The translations under genes were made by a program, and so were the position numbers. The notes below the pieces were generated by a model. It had not been told where the DNA came from. It searched no databases and saw only the letters and a program-made list of their open reading frames with translations. Positions 19,332 through 27,724 of a stretch of DNA of 64,000 nucleotides are shown here, piece by piece. The first letter of the stretch is position 1; every line of letters begins with the position of its first letter. This DNA comes from Deltaproteobacteria bacterium (GTDB taxonomy: Bacteria > Bdellovibrionota > UBA1018 > UBA923): contig JACPKS010000008.1 of NCBI GenBank assembly GCA_016186905.1, forward strand, positions 25-64,024. Direction: 5' to 3'.

Positions 19332-20480
19332 CTAGCGCCCCAGCTGTGGCATCATGAATTGCAGTCCCGGCGAATCCACGCGCTCGGAAAGCGCGTGAGA
19401 AAGATCGGCAGCGGCTCCGCTTGCGGCCCTGGCCGCAACCCGCGTAAGAAGATTCGCGAGAAGACCCGCGACACCGCCGCGGCTCTCGGAGGAATCCGAG
19501 TCGCCGTCATCATCCGTTTCAAACAGTCGCACGAAGAGTGTCTTTTTCTTTGAAGCGTAGATCAGGCGCGGCTTGCCGCTGATGCCGGCCTCTTTGGCGA
19601 CCGCATCCACGGCATCACGGAATCCGCCCAGCTCATCGACGAGTTTCACCGACTTCGCTTGCTCGCCCGACATGATTCTGCCGTCGGAAATTTCGATCAC
19701 CTTGTCCATCGCAAGCCCGCGCGACTCGGCGACGGCTGAACGGAACTGCGAGAGCACGTTGTTGGCCATGGCCTGAAGCAGCGCTTTTTCCTCGTCGGTC
19801 ATCTCGCGGTTCGGCGACCCGATGTCTTTGAACTTCCCGGTTTTGATGTTGTACGGATTCATCTTCGCCCACTGAAAGAGTTTCGACATGTCGGCGAACT
19901 GCATGATGACGCCGATGCTCGCGGTGATCGAGCCAGGATTCGCGTAAATTTTCTTGGCCCCGCACGCGACGTAATAGCCGCCGCTTGCCGCGACACTTCC
20001 CAACGAAGCGAAGACTGGTTTTTTCGCGGCAAGCTTCTTCACGGCGCCGTAAATTTCCTGGGATGGCGCCACGGCGCCCCCCGGCGAGTTGATCCGCACG
20101 ATGACCGCCTTGATCATGGCGTTGTCGACGAAGCCCTCGATCTGCTCGACGGCCTTCTTGGAATCGAGAATCGCGCCCTTGACCTCGATCACTCCGACCG
20201 CGTTGGATTTGCCGAACAGCTTTTTCTGGGTCGAGGATTCCAGCCCGCCGGGCCCCAAGCCGCCAAGAAAATAGGCGGCCATGACGACGAAGAGCACGAA
20301 AAACGCAAAGGACACCGCGAGAACGACTACAAGAGGATTTTTACGCATTCCCATATTCGAAGAGTCTAACCGGCGGGGGAGTTTTGGGCAATTCTGATGA
20401 TTTGACGGGCAGGCGAGGCCGAAAGTGCCCGCGGCTGCGCGAAAGCGGCACCAACCGGACCCCTGCATGGCTGCTTTCAT
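19332..20480 (-). CDS. sppA: signal peptide peptidase SppA (36K type)
   Basis: N-terminal TM segment and the ClpP/crotonase-like S49 core (GGYYVACGAKKIYANPGSITASIGVIMQ). Confidence 0.88.
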   Translation of the reverse strand: MKAAMQGSGWCRFRAAAGTFGLACPSNHQNCPKLPRRLDSSNMGMRKNPLVVVLAVSFAFFVLFVVMAAYFLGGLGPGGLESSTQKKLFGKSNAVGVIEVKGAILDSKKAVEQIEGFVDNAMIKAVIVRINSPGGAVAPSQEIYGAVKKLAAKKPVFASLGSVAASGGYYVACGAKKIYANPGSITASIGVIMQFADMSKLFQWAKMNPYNIKTGKFKDIGSPNREMTDEEKALLQAMANNVLSQFRSAVAESRGLAMDKVIEISDGRIMSGEQAKSVKLVDELGGFRDAVDAVAKEAGISGKPRLIYASKKKTLFVRLFETDDDGDSDSSESRGGVAGLLANLLTRVAARAASGAAADLSHALSERVDSPGLQFMMPQLGR

Positions 20481-20553
20481 TTAATCGCAAACATCGCGTC
20501 ATGAACCAGTATTAAAAATTGACATCGCTGAATTCCAGTTATAAACAGAAGCG

Positions 20554-21096
20554 ATGTCGCGCCGAATTCAAAATTTTCTTCCGGGTTTCGAAAATCTTGG
20601 CTTCAAACAGTTCGGCGGAAGCCTTGTTAAAGGCAATCCGAGGGAGCCGCGCCCCATTTCGATCAGGCGGCCGATCCACATCGTGATGCGATCATCGCAC
20701 GCGAAGGGCGAGCGCTCGTTTCTCGCCGCCAGCCGGGCGCGAAAGATCGAGCGCTTGGTCCATCGGCTGGGGGATCACGCGGGCGTTCGAGTTTATCGTT
20801 ACGCGAACAGCGGAAATCACCTGCACCTGCTTGTCGTCACGCGGTCTCGAAAGGCGTTTCGGGCTTATTTACGGGCGATTTCAGGAATCATCGCGCGGAT
20901 GACGTTGGGCGTGGAACGCGGCAAGGCCCTGGGATTGAAGTTTTGGGATGCTCGTCCGTTTACGCGAATCGTGGAGTGGGGCCGGGAGTTTCGAGCGGTT
21001 TGCCGTTATGTCGCCCAGAACACATTGGAGGCGCTGGGTTTCATTCCGTTTCAGCCGAGAAAGCATAAAACGAAACTGGTCGCTGCGACGGCTTAG
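20554..21096 (+). CDS. tnpA: HuH-family tyrosine transposase, IS200/IS605 TnpA / REP-associated (RAYT)-like
   Basis: 180 aa. HuH motif (NHLHLLVV) and a C-terminal catalytic Tyr region (RYVAQN), as in IS200 TnpA. Confidence 0.7.
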   Translation: MSRRIQNFLPGFENLGFKQFGGSLVKGNPREPRPISIRRPIHIVMRSSHAKGERSFLAASRARKIERLVHRLGDHAGVRVYRYANSGNHLHLLVVTRSRKAFRAYLRAISGIIARMTLGVERGKALGLKFWDARPFTRIVEWGREFRAVCRYVAQNTLEALGFIPFQPRKHKTKLVAATA

Positions 21097-21100
21097 CCTA
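20955..21100 (+). repeat. direct repeat copy A (3' end of tnpA)
   Basis: Near-identical to 22133-22275. Confidence 0.8.
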
Positions 21101-21397
21101 ATTGCAGACTGTTTCGATCAAAACACTTGTCGCGCGCTTTTTATTACCCACATGTCGTGGTTCCATTGAACAAGAGCCAATCCTCAGTAATATCCGTCAG
21201 TCGCTGCAAGCCTCTCCAGATGACGATTGGACCGGGCTCTCCATCTCCTTTTCTGGCTAAAAATCGCCCAGCTTGCGTATTTCAGTCATGTCGGCGGGAC
21301 TACATTTTTTTTATTTTAAAATCCGCGAGTTAGAGTTTTTTTCGCGTGGTTTTTCGGAGTTTACGAACAGTAAAAACCGGGACGGGATTTGGATGGT

Positions 21398-21445
21398 TGA
21401 CAGTATACACAGTTTTATGTACATAATATGTATGTCACCTAGGGT
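21398..21445 (+). promoter_or_regulatory. sigma70-like promoter (TTGACA-19-CATAAT) with an overlapping imperfect palindrome ATGTACATAATATGTATGT upstream of the brnTA-like cassette
   Basis: Read directly. The palindrome over the -10 is a likely operator for the RHH/BrnA-type antitoxin. Confidence 0.4.
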
Positions 21446-21473
21446 TCTCAGGATTTAGGAACTGGATATTGAC

Positions 21474-21683
21474 GTGAGGATTCATTGGAAAGAGCCGCAT
21501 GGACCTCATTGCCATGTTCAAAAGCCCGGAGCCAAGGCCAGTTTTGATCTGAGGACATTGGAATGCCTTGCTAGCACGGGGTTTTCCGAAATCGCACTGA
21601 ACCGGATACAAAAAGCTTTGGGCCGATATCAATCTTTTTTAATGGAGCGCTGGCATGAAATCCAAGATGAAAGCAAAGATTAA
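21474..21683 (+). CDS. BrnT-like (DUF497) toxin, truncated/degenerate (GTG start)
   Basis: 69 aa. Weak N-terminal W...K-x-G similarity and a C-terminal NRIQKALGRYQ segment similar to the BrnT C-terminus. About 25 aa shorter than typical BrnT. Overlaps brnA by 29 nt. Confidence 0.3.
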   Translation: MRIHWKEPHGPHCHVQKPGAKASFDLRTLECLASTGFSEIALNRIQKALGRYQSFLMERWHEIQDESKD

Positions 21684-21918
21684 GTTAGGAAACGTGGATA
21701 TTCCCGAAGACGCCTTTGAGCCAAAAAATGTCAAAGCGAGGATTACCATGTGGGTAGGAATGGATTTGCTTGATGAAGTTCGAAAACGAGCGGCCCAAAA
21801 AGATCTTCCTTATCAAACGTATTTGAACCAAATCCTTCGAAACGCTATTTTTGGATCAGACGAAGAGAAAAGGATTAGAAAACTTATTCGAGAAGAACTG
21901 GCTAAGACTGGCGCTTGA
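21655..21918 (+). CDS. brnA: BrnA-family antitoxin (CopG/RHH-like)
   Basis: 87 aa. Clear BrnA signature: ITMWVGMDLLDEVRKRAAQKDLPYQTYLNQILRNAI corresponds to the canonical ITIRLDEDLLEWLK...GYQTLIN.ILREY. Confidence 0.7.
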   Translation: MKSKMKAKIKLGNVDIPEDAFEPKNVKARITMWVGMDLLDEVRKRAAQKDLPYQTYLNQILRNAIFGSDEEKRIRKLIREELAKTGA

Positions 21919-22132
21919 GTCCTTCGCAGGCGCTCGGATGACAAACGGGCCTGTTGAAAAAGACAGCTTACCAGAAAAAAGAGATCCTCAGCTCAAATTT
22001 AAAAGCGGATGAGCCTCCAAAAAATTTAGCGGATCGAGTTTTTCAACAGTCCCAAATGTCTTCCGCTTGCTGTTCAGTGTGAAATGCTTCGCATTAGCGA
22101 TCGGCGCAGCCAGTTTCCCGGCTGCGCCTTTA

Positions 22133-22275
22133 AGAATACGAATCGTGGAGCGGGGCCGGGAGTTTCGAGCGGTTTGCCGTTATGTCGCCCAGAATGCTTC
22201 GGAGGCGCTGGGTTTCATTCCGTTTCAGCCGAGAAAGCATAAAACGAAACTGGTCGCGGCGACGGCTTAGCTGGC
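22133..22275 (+). repeat. direct repeat copy B (orphan tnpA 3' fragment encoding ...GREFRAVCRYVAQN...KLVAATA)
   Basis: Near-identical to 20955-21100. No upstream tnpA body. Confidence 0.8.
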
Positions 22276-22308
22276 TGATTCCCGGGGATTCTCAACTTTA
22301 CTGTTCCC

Positions 22309-22641
22309 CTACTGTCCTTGCTTAGCCGGCTTGGGGGGGCGTTTTGTGCAAGTGCATACCGTGGTGTCGTAATAGTAGGTATAATTTTTGAGGGTGGTGT
22401 GGGACTCGAGTCCGCCCGTACAAGATATAGTGTGTGTCCAAGAGGGGCAGGGTGCGGTGAACATTGGCGTATTGCTCCTTCTCGGTTCACAAAAACAACT
22501 TGCGGTTCCATTTTGATATGTTCCCCCACCCGCGCACGCCGTACCCTTGAGTTTCCCGCAATAGTTCTTCGCCCAGCCTGGCTGAGAAATCGCCAAGGCT
22601 GCTCCCATTAGCATTAGCATTAGCATTACGATTTTTTTCAT
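22309..22641 (-). CDS. small secreted cysteine-rich protein (10 Cys in ~85-aa mature part), unknown function
   Basis: Signal peptide MKKIVMLMLMLMGAALAISQPGWA. Strong SD (GGGGAG) upstream. The mature part is Cys/Thr/Gly/Tyr-rich. Confidence 0.55.
   Translation of the reverse strand: MKKIVMLMLMLMGAALAISQPGWAKNYCGKLKGTACAGGGTYQNGTASCFCEPRRSNTPMFTAPCPSWTHTISCTGGLESHTTLKNYTYYYDTTVCTCTKRPPKPAKQGQ
22606..22629. repeat. hexanucleotide microsatellite (CATTAG)3-CATTAC encoding the (ML)n stretch of the signal peptide
   Basis: Read directly. Confidence 0.9.
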
Positions 22642-22799
22642 ACATCACTCCCCTTTTTTTAAGCTTAGTTCGCTAGTCTAAGTCTACCCCCCCCCAGGCA
22701 CGTCAACAACTGTGTCACTGCAGCAGCAGACGAATTGCTTGATATTTCAAAGAGTTGGATATCTCCAGGCCGTGTTGACTCAATTCGCTCGTACTTCAC

Positions 22800-22853
22800 C
22801 GGTATTGACACTGATCCATTTTGGCTCTAAAGTGGATCCTATAAGGAGTCGTT
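22800..22853 (+). promoter_or_regulatory. promoter (TTGACA-17-TAAAGT) plus imperfect palindrome GATCCATTTTGG...AAAGTGGATC and an AGGAG RBS upstream of the RHH antitoxin
   Basis: Read directly. Confidence 0.4.
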
Positions 22854-23090
22854 ATGCCTGTAAACCTTTCCATTAAAGCGGTTCCCGATACGTTAGCGGA
22901 GAAGTTGCGCAAGAGGGCGGCGAAAAACCACCGTTCGCTTCAGGGCGAGCTGATCACCATTCTTGAGGAGAGTCTTGAAGGACCCCGCCCGCTAACTGTG
23001 GATGAATCCATTCGTAAACTTAGGCAAATCGAAATCAGAACGGCTTCTGATTCGACGGAAGCGATCCGTGGTGACAGAAACAGCCGCTAA
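22854..23090 (+). CDS. RHH antitoxin (FitA/VapB-like)
   Basis: 78 aa. N-terminus (LSIKAVPDTLAEKLRKRAAKNHRSLQGELITILEESL) is classic FitA/Arc-type. Confidence 0.8.
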   Translation: MPVNLSIKAVPDTLAEKLRKRAAKNHRSLQGELITILEESLEGPRPLTVDESIRKLRQIEIRTASDSTEAIRGDRNSR

Positions 23091-23481
23091 ACCAGCGAGC
23101 TCGCCTCTGGCTCGACTCGTAGTGGATGCTTCCGCCATCAGCGCGATTTTTTTTCGAGAGCCGAAAGCTGAGTTTCTTGAGCGAAAATTATCGAAACGCT
23201 CTTGGGTGGCACCTGCTTTGATCGACTACGAGATCGGCTCGGTTTACCTCAAAAAAATAAAAGCGTACCCTCACCTCAGACGGCAACTTGATGAGTGCTA
23301 TCGGATCTATTGCGAATCCGTCTTTGAGCGCATTGACGTGCCAATTAGCTCCGTCGTTGAAATCGCCGAAAAGTATAGTCTGACAATTTACGATGCAAGC
23401 TACTTCTGGCTAGCTATCTCGCTTAGTCTTGATCTCGTGACTCTTGACGAACGGCTCACGGCAGCATGGTTGAAAAGGTAA
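23068..23481 (+). CDS. PIN-domain toxin (FitB/VapC-like)
   Basis: PIN N-terminal motif (LVVDASAISAIFF) and C-terminal acidic residues. Probable GTG start overlapping the antitoxin stop; the ORF track starts earlier at 23002. Confidence 0.75.
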   Translation: MVTETAAKPASSPLARLVVDASAISAIFFREPKAEFLERKLSKRSWVAPALIDYEIGSVYLKKIKAYPHLRRQLDECYRIYCESVFERIDVPISSVVEIAEKYSLTIYDASYFWLAISLSLDLVTLDERLTAAWLKR

Positions 23482-23539
23482 GATTTTCCGTTTGCCGTTT
23501 AGACTAAAATCATTCGCCTAAATGAAATCCGGCGAAAAA

Positions 23540-25402
23540 TCAGTCTTCCTCTTTCTCGTCGTCCTTGCCGCCGAGCGCGCCCTTGAGCTTTTCGCCCAGA
23601 AGGTCGCCGAGCGACGTCTTCTTGTCTTTCTGATTGACGTAAGTCGCGTAAGCCGCGCGCTCTTCCGAAGTCTTGAGCTTCTTCATCGAAAGACCGATGC
23701 GGCGCTCTTTCGGATCGAGCGTGATCACTTCCGCGCGAACGACGTCGCCGACCTTCACCACGTCCGACGGCTTGTCGACGCGTTGGTCGGAGAGCTCGCT
23801 CACGTAGACGAGGCCTTCAATACCTTCCTCGATCTCGACGAACGCGCCGAAATCGGTGACCTTGGTCACCTTGCCCTCGATCGCGCTGCCGACCTTGTAG
23901 TTCGTGCGAACGTTCTCCCACGGATCGCGCTCAAGCTGCTTGATTCCGAGGCTGAACTTCTCGGTTTCCTTGTCGATCGAAAGAACCATCGACTTGATCT
24001 TGTCGCCCTTCTTGAACTTCTCGAGCGGATTGCCGGCGCCGGCCTTGCTCTTCTGCCACGTCAGGTCCGAAACGTGGATCAAACCGTCGATGCCCTCGCC
24101 GATGTCGACGAAGAGGCCGAAGTCGGTAACCGACTTGATTTCGCCTTCGACGATCTGGCCCGCGGGATATTTCTTCTCGAGCGCGGTCCACGGATTCTCC
24201 TGAAGCTGCTTCAAGCCCAGGCTAAGCCGCTTGTTTTTCGCGTCGATCTCGAGCACCTGGCACTCGACTTCATCGCCAACGTTTAAGAGCTTCGACGGAT
24301 GCTTCACGTCGCGCCGCCAGCTCATTTCGCTGACGTGGATCAAGCCTTCGATGCCTTCCGAAAGTTCGACGAACGCGCCATAGTCTTTGATCGAGACGAC
24401 TTTGCCCTTCACACGGTCGTAAACGTTGATCTTGGTGGAGAGCTCTTCCCACGGATTGGGCGATACCTGCTTTAAGCCAAGGCTGATGCGCTCCTTCTCG
24501 CGGTCGTACTTGAGCACCTTCACCTTGATCTCGTCGCCCACCTGGAAAAGTTCGCTTGGGTGCTTCACGCGGCCCCAGCTCATGTCGGTGATGTGCAGAA
24601 GCCCGTCCATGCCGCCCAGGTCGATGAACGCGCCGTAATCGGTGATGTTCTTGACCGTACCGGCGATGATCTGCCCTTCCTGCAGCGTCGAGAGCGTTTC
24701 GACGCGCATTTTTTCTTTCTCTTCCGCGACGATCGCGCGACGCGAGAGAACGATGTTGCCGCGCTTCTTGTTGAACTTGATGATCTTGAACTTGAGCTTC
24801 TTGCCGATGTACTTGTCGAGGTTCTTCACCGGCTTCACGTCAACCTGCGAACCAGGAAGGAACGCCTTCACTCCGATATCAACGCTTAAGCCGCCCTTGA
24901 CCTTCGCGATGACCGTGCCTTCGACGAGCTGATCTTTTTCGCAGGCCTGGCTGATTTCATCCCAGGCCCTGATGATCTGAGCTTTGTCTTTGGAAAGCTG
25001 CATGAAACCCGTGTCGCTTTCCATGCGCTCAAGGTAAACCGTGATGACGTCGCCGGCCTTCACGTCGACGGTACCGTCTGGACCTTTGAATTCATAGATG
25101 GGCACGAGGCCTTCGCTCTTGTAACCGATATCGACCGTCACATAGTCCTGGCCGACATTGATCACCACGCCGTCGACCACTTCGCCTTCGCCGACGTTGT
25201 TCGCGGTGACGCTCTGTTCATAGAGCTCGGTAAACGAGCGACCTTCTTCGGTGTACTGGCCGTTGGTCTTGGTTTCTTCAGTGGCGCCCGTGGCTTCCTC
25301 GAACTGATCCATCCAACTTGTCGTGTCTTTTTTTCCGGCCATATTCACCTTCGCTTTCTTCGCGGTTTGATCGCCCGCATTAGTACCTTCAAATGCCATC
25401 AT
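23540..25402 (-). CDS. rpsA: 30S ribosomal protein S1
   Basis: 620 aa with six S1 repeats (GxV.G.V..i.dyGaFV.l..g.eGL.HiSe...). Confidence 0.95.
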   Translation of the reverse strand: MMAFEGTNAGDQTAKKAKVNMAGKKDTTSWMDQFEEATGATEETKTNGQYTEEGRSFTELYEQSVTANNVGEGEVVDGVVINVGQDYVTVDIGYKSEGLVPIYEFKGPDGTVDVKAGDVITVYLERMESDTGFMQLSKDKAQIIRAWDEISQACEKDQLVEGTVIAKVKGGLSVDIGVKAFLPGSQVDVKPVKNLDKYIGKKLKFKIIKFNKKRGNIVLSRRAIVAEEKEKMRVETLSTLQEGQIIAGTVKNITDYGAFIDLGGMDGLLHITDMSWGRVKHPSELFQVGDEIKVKVLKYDREKERISLGLKQVSPNPWEELSTKINVYDRVKGKVVSIKDYGAFVELSEGIEGLIHVSEMSWRRDVKHPSKLLNVGDEVECQVLEIDAKNKRLSLGLKQLQENPWTALEKKYPAGQIVEGEIKSVTDFGLFVDIGEGIDGLIHVSDLTWQKSKAGAGNPLEKFKKGDKIKSMVLSIDKETEKFSLGIKQLERDPWENVRTNYKVGSAIEGKVTKVTDFGAFVEIEEGIEGLVYVSELSDQRVDKPSDVVKVGDVVRAEVITLDPKERRIGLSMKKLKTSEERAAYATYVNQKDKKTSLGDLLGEKLKGALGGKDDEKEED

Positions 25403-25469
25403 TTCAATGGATTCCCCTTTCGATTTGTTGGAGTGCTGTTTATACGTGCAAACGGCTTGAATTCAAAGA

Positions 25470-26648
25470 TTATTCTTTGAGTTCGCCGGAGCGCGCAAAG
25501 CGTCGTTTCATGCAACGTTCGAAGACTTCGACTGTGCGCAAAAAACGTGTCCGTTTATCGAAATGTTTGAGCACGTACTTTCGACCGTTGATACCCATTT
25601 CTTGACGCATCGCTGGATGCTCGAGCAAGGTGCGGATCTTTTGCTGCAGGTCAAACGCGTCTTCGGGATGAACAAGAAGCCCAAATTCTTGATTTCCAAC
25701 GATATCTTCCGAGCCCACCACCCGGGAAAGCACGACCGGGCGCTCCATGGCCAACGCTTCCAGGGCGCCTAGGCCCGGCACTTCCTCCCGGCCCGGCATC
25801 ACAAAGATGTCGAAGGCCGCCATCACTTCGGGAAGGTTGTCACCCAAAGATGCAAACGTCACGAAGTCGTCCATGTGAAACTGACGGACGAGCTCCTTGA
25901 GCTCGGCGATGTACTCATCGGAAGCGACAAGCGGATCCTCGCCCACGATCACGAACCTGAAGTTGCGTTCGCGATACTTCATGAGGCCCGCGGCGGCTTT
26001 CAAGAACGTGTCTTGCCCGATATCGGGCGAGAGCCGCCCCACCGAGCCGATCACGACGGTTTCCGTGCCGGCTCCCCATGACGCGCGCATCGCTTGTCCG
26101 TTCGAGTAACTCGAGTCAAACCGGGTGAAGTCAAGACCGAGATTGATCACCTTGATCTTGCGTTCGGGAATCGGAACGTTGGAAAGCACGCTGCTTCTCA
26201 CGCTTTCGCTCAAGACGGTCAGATAGTCGACACGTCCGTAGAGCGGCGCACGCATCCATTTTTTGAACGGGCTCTCGACGGGATTATGCCGGCTCGCCAC
26301 GAGCGAGACCTCCGGGTGCCTGATCAGCGCCGGAACGAGATACCAGAGCAGCGATTCGTCGTTGATGAGGACGATGTTGGCGTCAAGCCGCGAAACGGTT
26401 TCGCGAAGCTCGCCGATGAGCGCGACATCAAGGCGCCGAAGGCGCGCGGGGAACGTCTGGACGTGAATGCGCGGGTGCCGAAGCGCCGCCGCGTGGAGCG
26501 GGCTTCCTTCGACGCAGAGAAGACTTACCGCCACACCCTCGCGCGCGAGATCGACCATGTCGGAAAGCGCCACCTGCTCGGCACCGCCCCAGCGCGTGGA
26601 GAAGAGAATCCAAAGAGGCTTGATCTGTTGTTTGAACGCGATCTTCAT
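25470..26648 (-). CDS. family 1 (GT4-type) glycosyltransferase
   Basis: 392 aa. C-terminal EGFG-like region (PGLGALEALAMERPVV) typical of GT-B GT4 enzymes. Confidence 0.85.
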   Translation of the reverse strand: MKIAFKQQIKPLWILFSTRWGGAEQVALSDMVDLAREGVAVSLLCVEGSPLHAAALRHPRIHVQTFPARLRRLDVALIGELRETVSRLDANIVLINDESLLWYLVPALIRHPEVSLVASRHNPVESPFKKWMRAPLYGRVDYLTVLSESVRSSVLSNVPIPERKIKVINLGLDFTRFDSSYSNGQAMRASWGAGTETVVIGSVGRLSPDIGQDTFLKAAAGLMKYRERNFRFVIVGEDPLVASDEYIAELKELVRQFHMDDFVTFASLGDNLPEVMAAFDIFVMPGREEVPGLGALEALAMERPVVLSRVVGSEDIVGNQEFGLLVHPEDAFDLQQKIRTLLEHPAMRQEMGINGRKYVLKHFDKRTRFLRTVEVFERCMKRRFARSGELKE

Positions 26649-27724
26649 TTTCGTGCCGGCCCGCTCTCGAGCAAGTTTTTCACAGCCCGCCTGACGTCCT
26701 CAACCTGAATCTCGTTCATGCAGCGGAAATGGCGCTTCGGGCACTTCATCGGCCCGTGCAGGCCGCACGGACGGCAGGGCACGCCGGGCCGCTCAATGAC
26801 GATGTGGCGGGACGAGAGCGGAAAGAAGCCCCATTTCTTCACGGTGGGGCCGAAGATCGCGACCGTCGGAACGTCGAAGGCCGACGCGATGTGAACGGGT
26901 GCCGAGTCGTTGGCGAGCACGAGTGCCGCCCCGCGGATGAGCGCCTTGAGTTCGCCGATCGTCGTCGCGCCCACGAGCGAAACGGCAAGGCCTCCCGCGC
27001 GTTCGATTTTTTCCACGATCGTCTGGCCGATGGCGCGCTCCCGGCCCGCCCCCCCGCCGGTGACGACGACCGCGACGTCGCGGTGGGCTGCGATTTCCGC
27101 GCACACGCGCGCGAACCGATCGGCGAACCACATCTTCGTGTTCCAAACCGAAAACGGACTGAGCACAATATAGCGCCGCTCGGGCCCGAGCGGCGCAATC
27201 TTCAATTTCGCTGAAGCTTCGTCCGCGGCGGCAACCGCAAGCGTCGGGCGAAGAGTAAGCGGAGTGTTACTGTCGAGCGCCAAGAGCAAGGCCATCGGCT
27301 TGTCGGCATAATGAATCTCCTCCGAATACGGCGGATATGGGACCGTTTTGTATCCCAGCATCCGCGCCACAGCCGAACGGAAGGCGATCCGTTTTTTCGC
27401 GCGCGCGCGCCGGCCGATCCAAAGCGAGCGCAGCGAACGGTGCACGCAGAAGACGAGGTCGAACTCGTCCGCCTCGTGCCCGGCCGCAAGCGAGCGGAGA
27501 ACGTCACGAATCCCTTTTAAGCCGCTTCTCTTGTCGAGCGCGTGACAACGCAGCGAGGGAAAGCCCTCGAGAACCGCGCAGCCCTGCGGAATAGCAACGA
27601 CGTCGATCGCGCAGCCCGGCCATTTTTCAAGCAGGGCCCTCAGGAACGGAGCCGTCAGGACGACGTCGCCGATGAACGCGGTTTGCACGACAAGGATGCG
27701 CATCGGATTCGGCCGGCTCTTCAA
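26645..27724 (-). CDS. ADP-heptose:LPS heptosyltransferase (GT9, WaaC/WaaF-like)
   Basis: N-terminal MRILVVQTAFIGDVVLTAPFLRAL and C-terminal DSAPVHIASAFDVPTVAIFGPT with a CxxC tail. 4-nt overlap with the downstream GT1 gene. Confidence 0.85.
   Translation of the reverse strand: MKSRPNPMRILVVQTAFIGDVVLTAPFLRALLEKWPGCAIDVVAIPQGCAVLEGFPSLRCHALDKRSGLKGIRDVLRSLAAGHEADEFDLVFCVHRSLRSLWIGRRARAKKRIAFRSAVARMLGYKTVPYPPYSEEIHYADKPMALLLALDSNTPLTLRPTLAVAAADEASAKLKIAPLGPERRYIVLSPFSVWNTKMWFADRFARVCAEIAAHRDVAVVVTGGGAGRERAIGQTIVEKIERAGGLAVSLVGATTIGELKALIRGAALVLANDSAPVHIASAFDVPTVAIFGPTVKKWGFFPLSSRHIVIERPGVPCRPCGLHGPMKCPKRHFRCMNEIQVEDVRRAVKNLLESGPARK

Larger units (their letters stand above)
20554..22275 (+). 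mobile_element. IS200/IS605-family (RAYT-like) element remnant: intact tnpA followed by ~1 kb low-GC cargo, bounded by a duplicated 143-bp tnpA 3' end
   Basis: 20955-21100 and 22133-22275 are ~96% identical direct repeats, both read. The cargo carries a BrnT/BrnA-like cassette. Confidence 0.6.

Noticed and set aside
22067-22270. 67-aa ORF annotated downstream of brnA
   Set aside because: Its C-terminal 45 aa are the duplicated tnpA 3' end. The N-terminal part has no start context. Treated as an orphan transposase fragment, not an independent gene.
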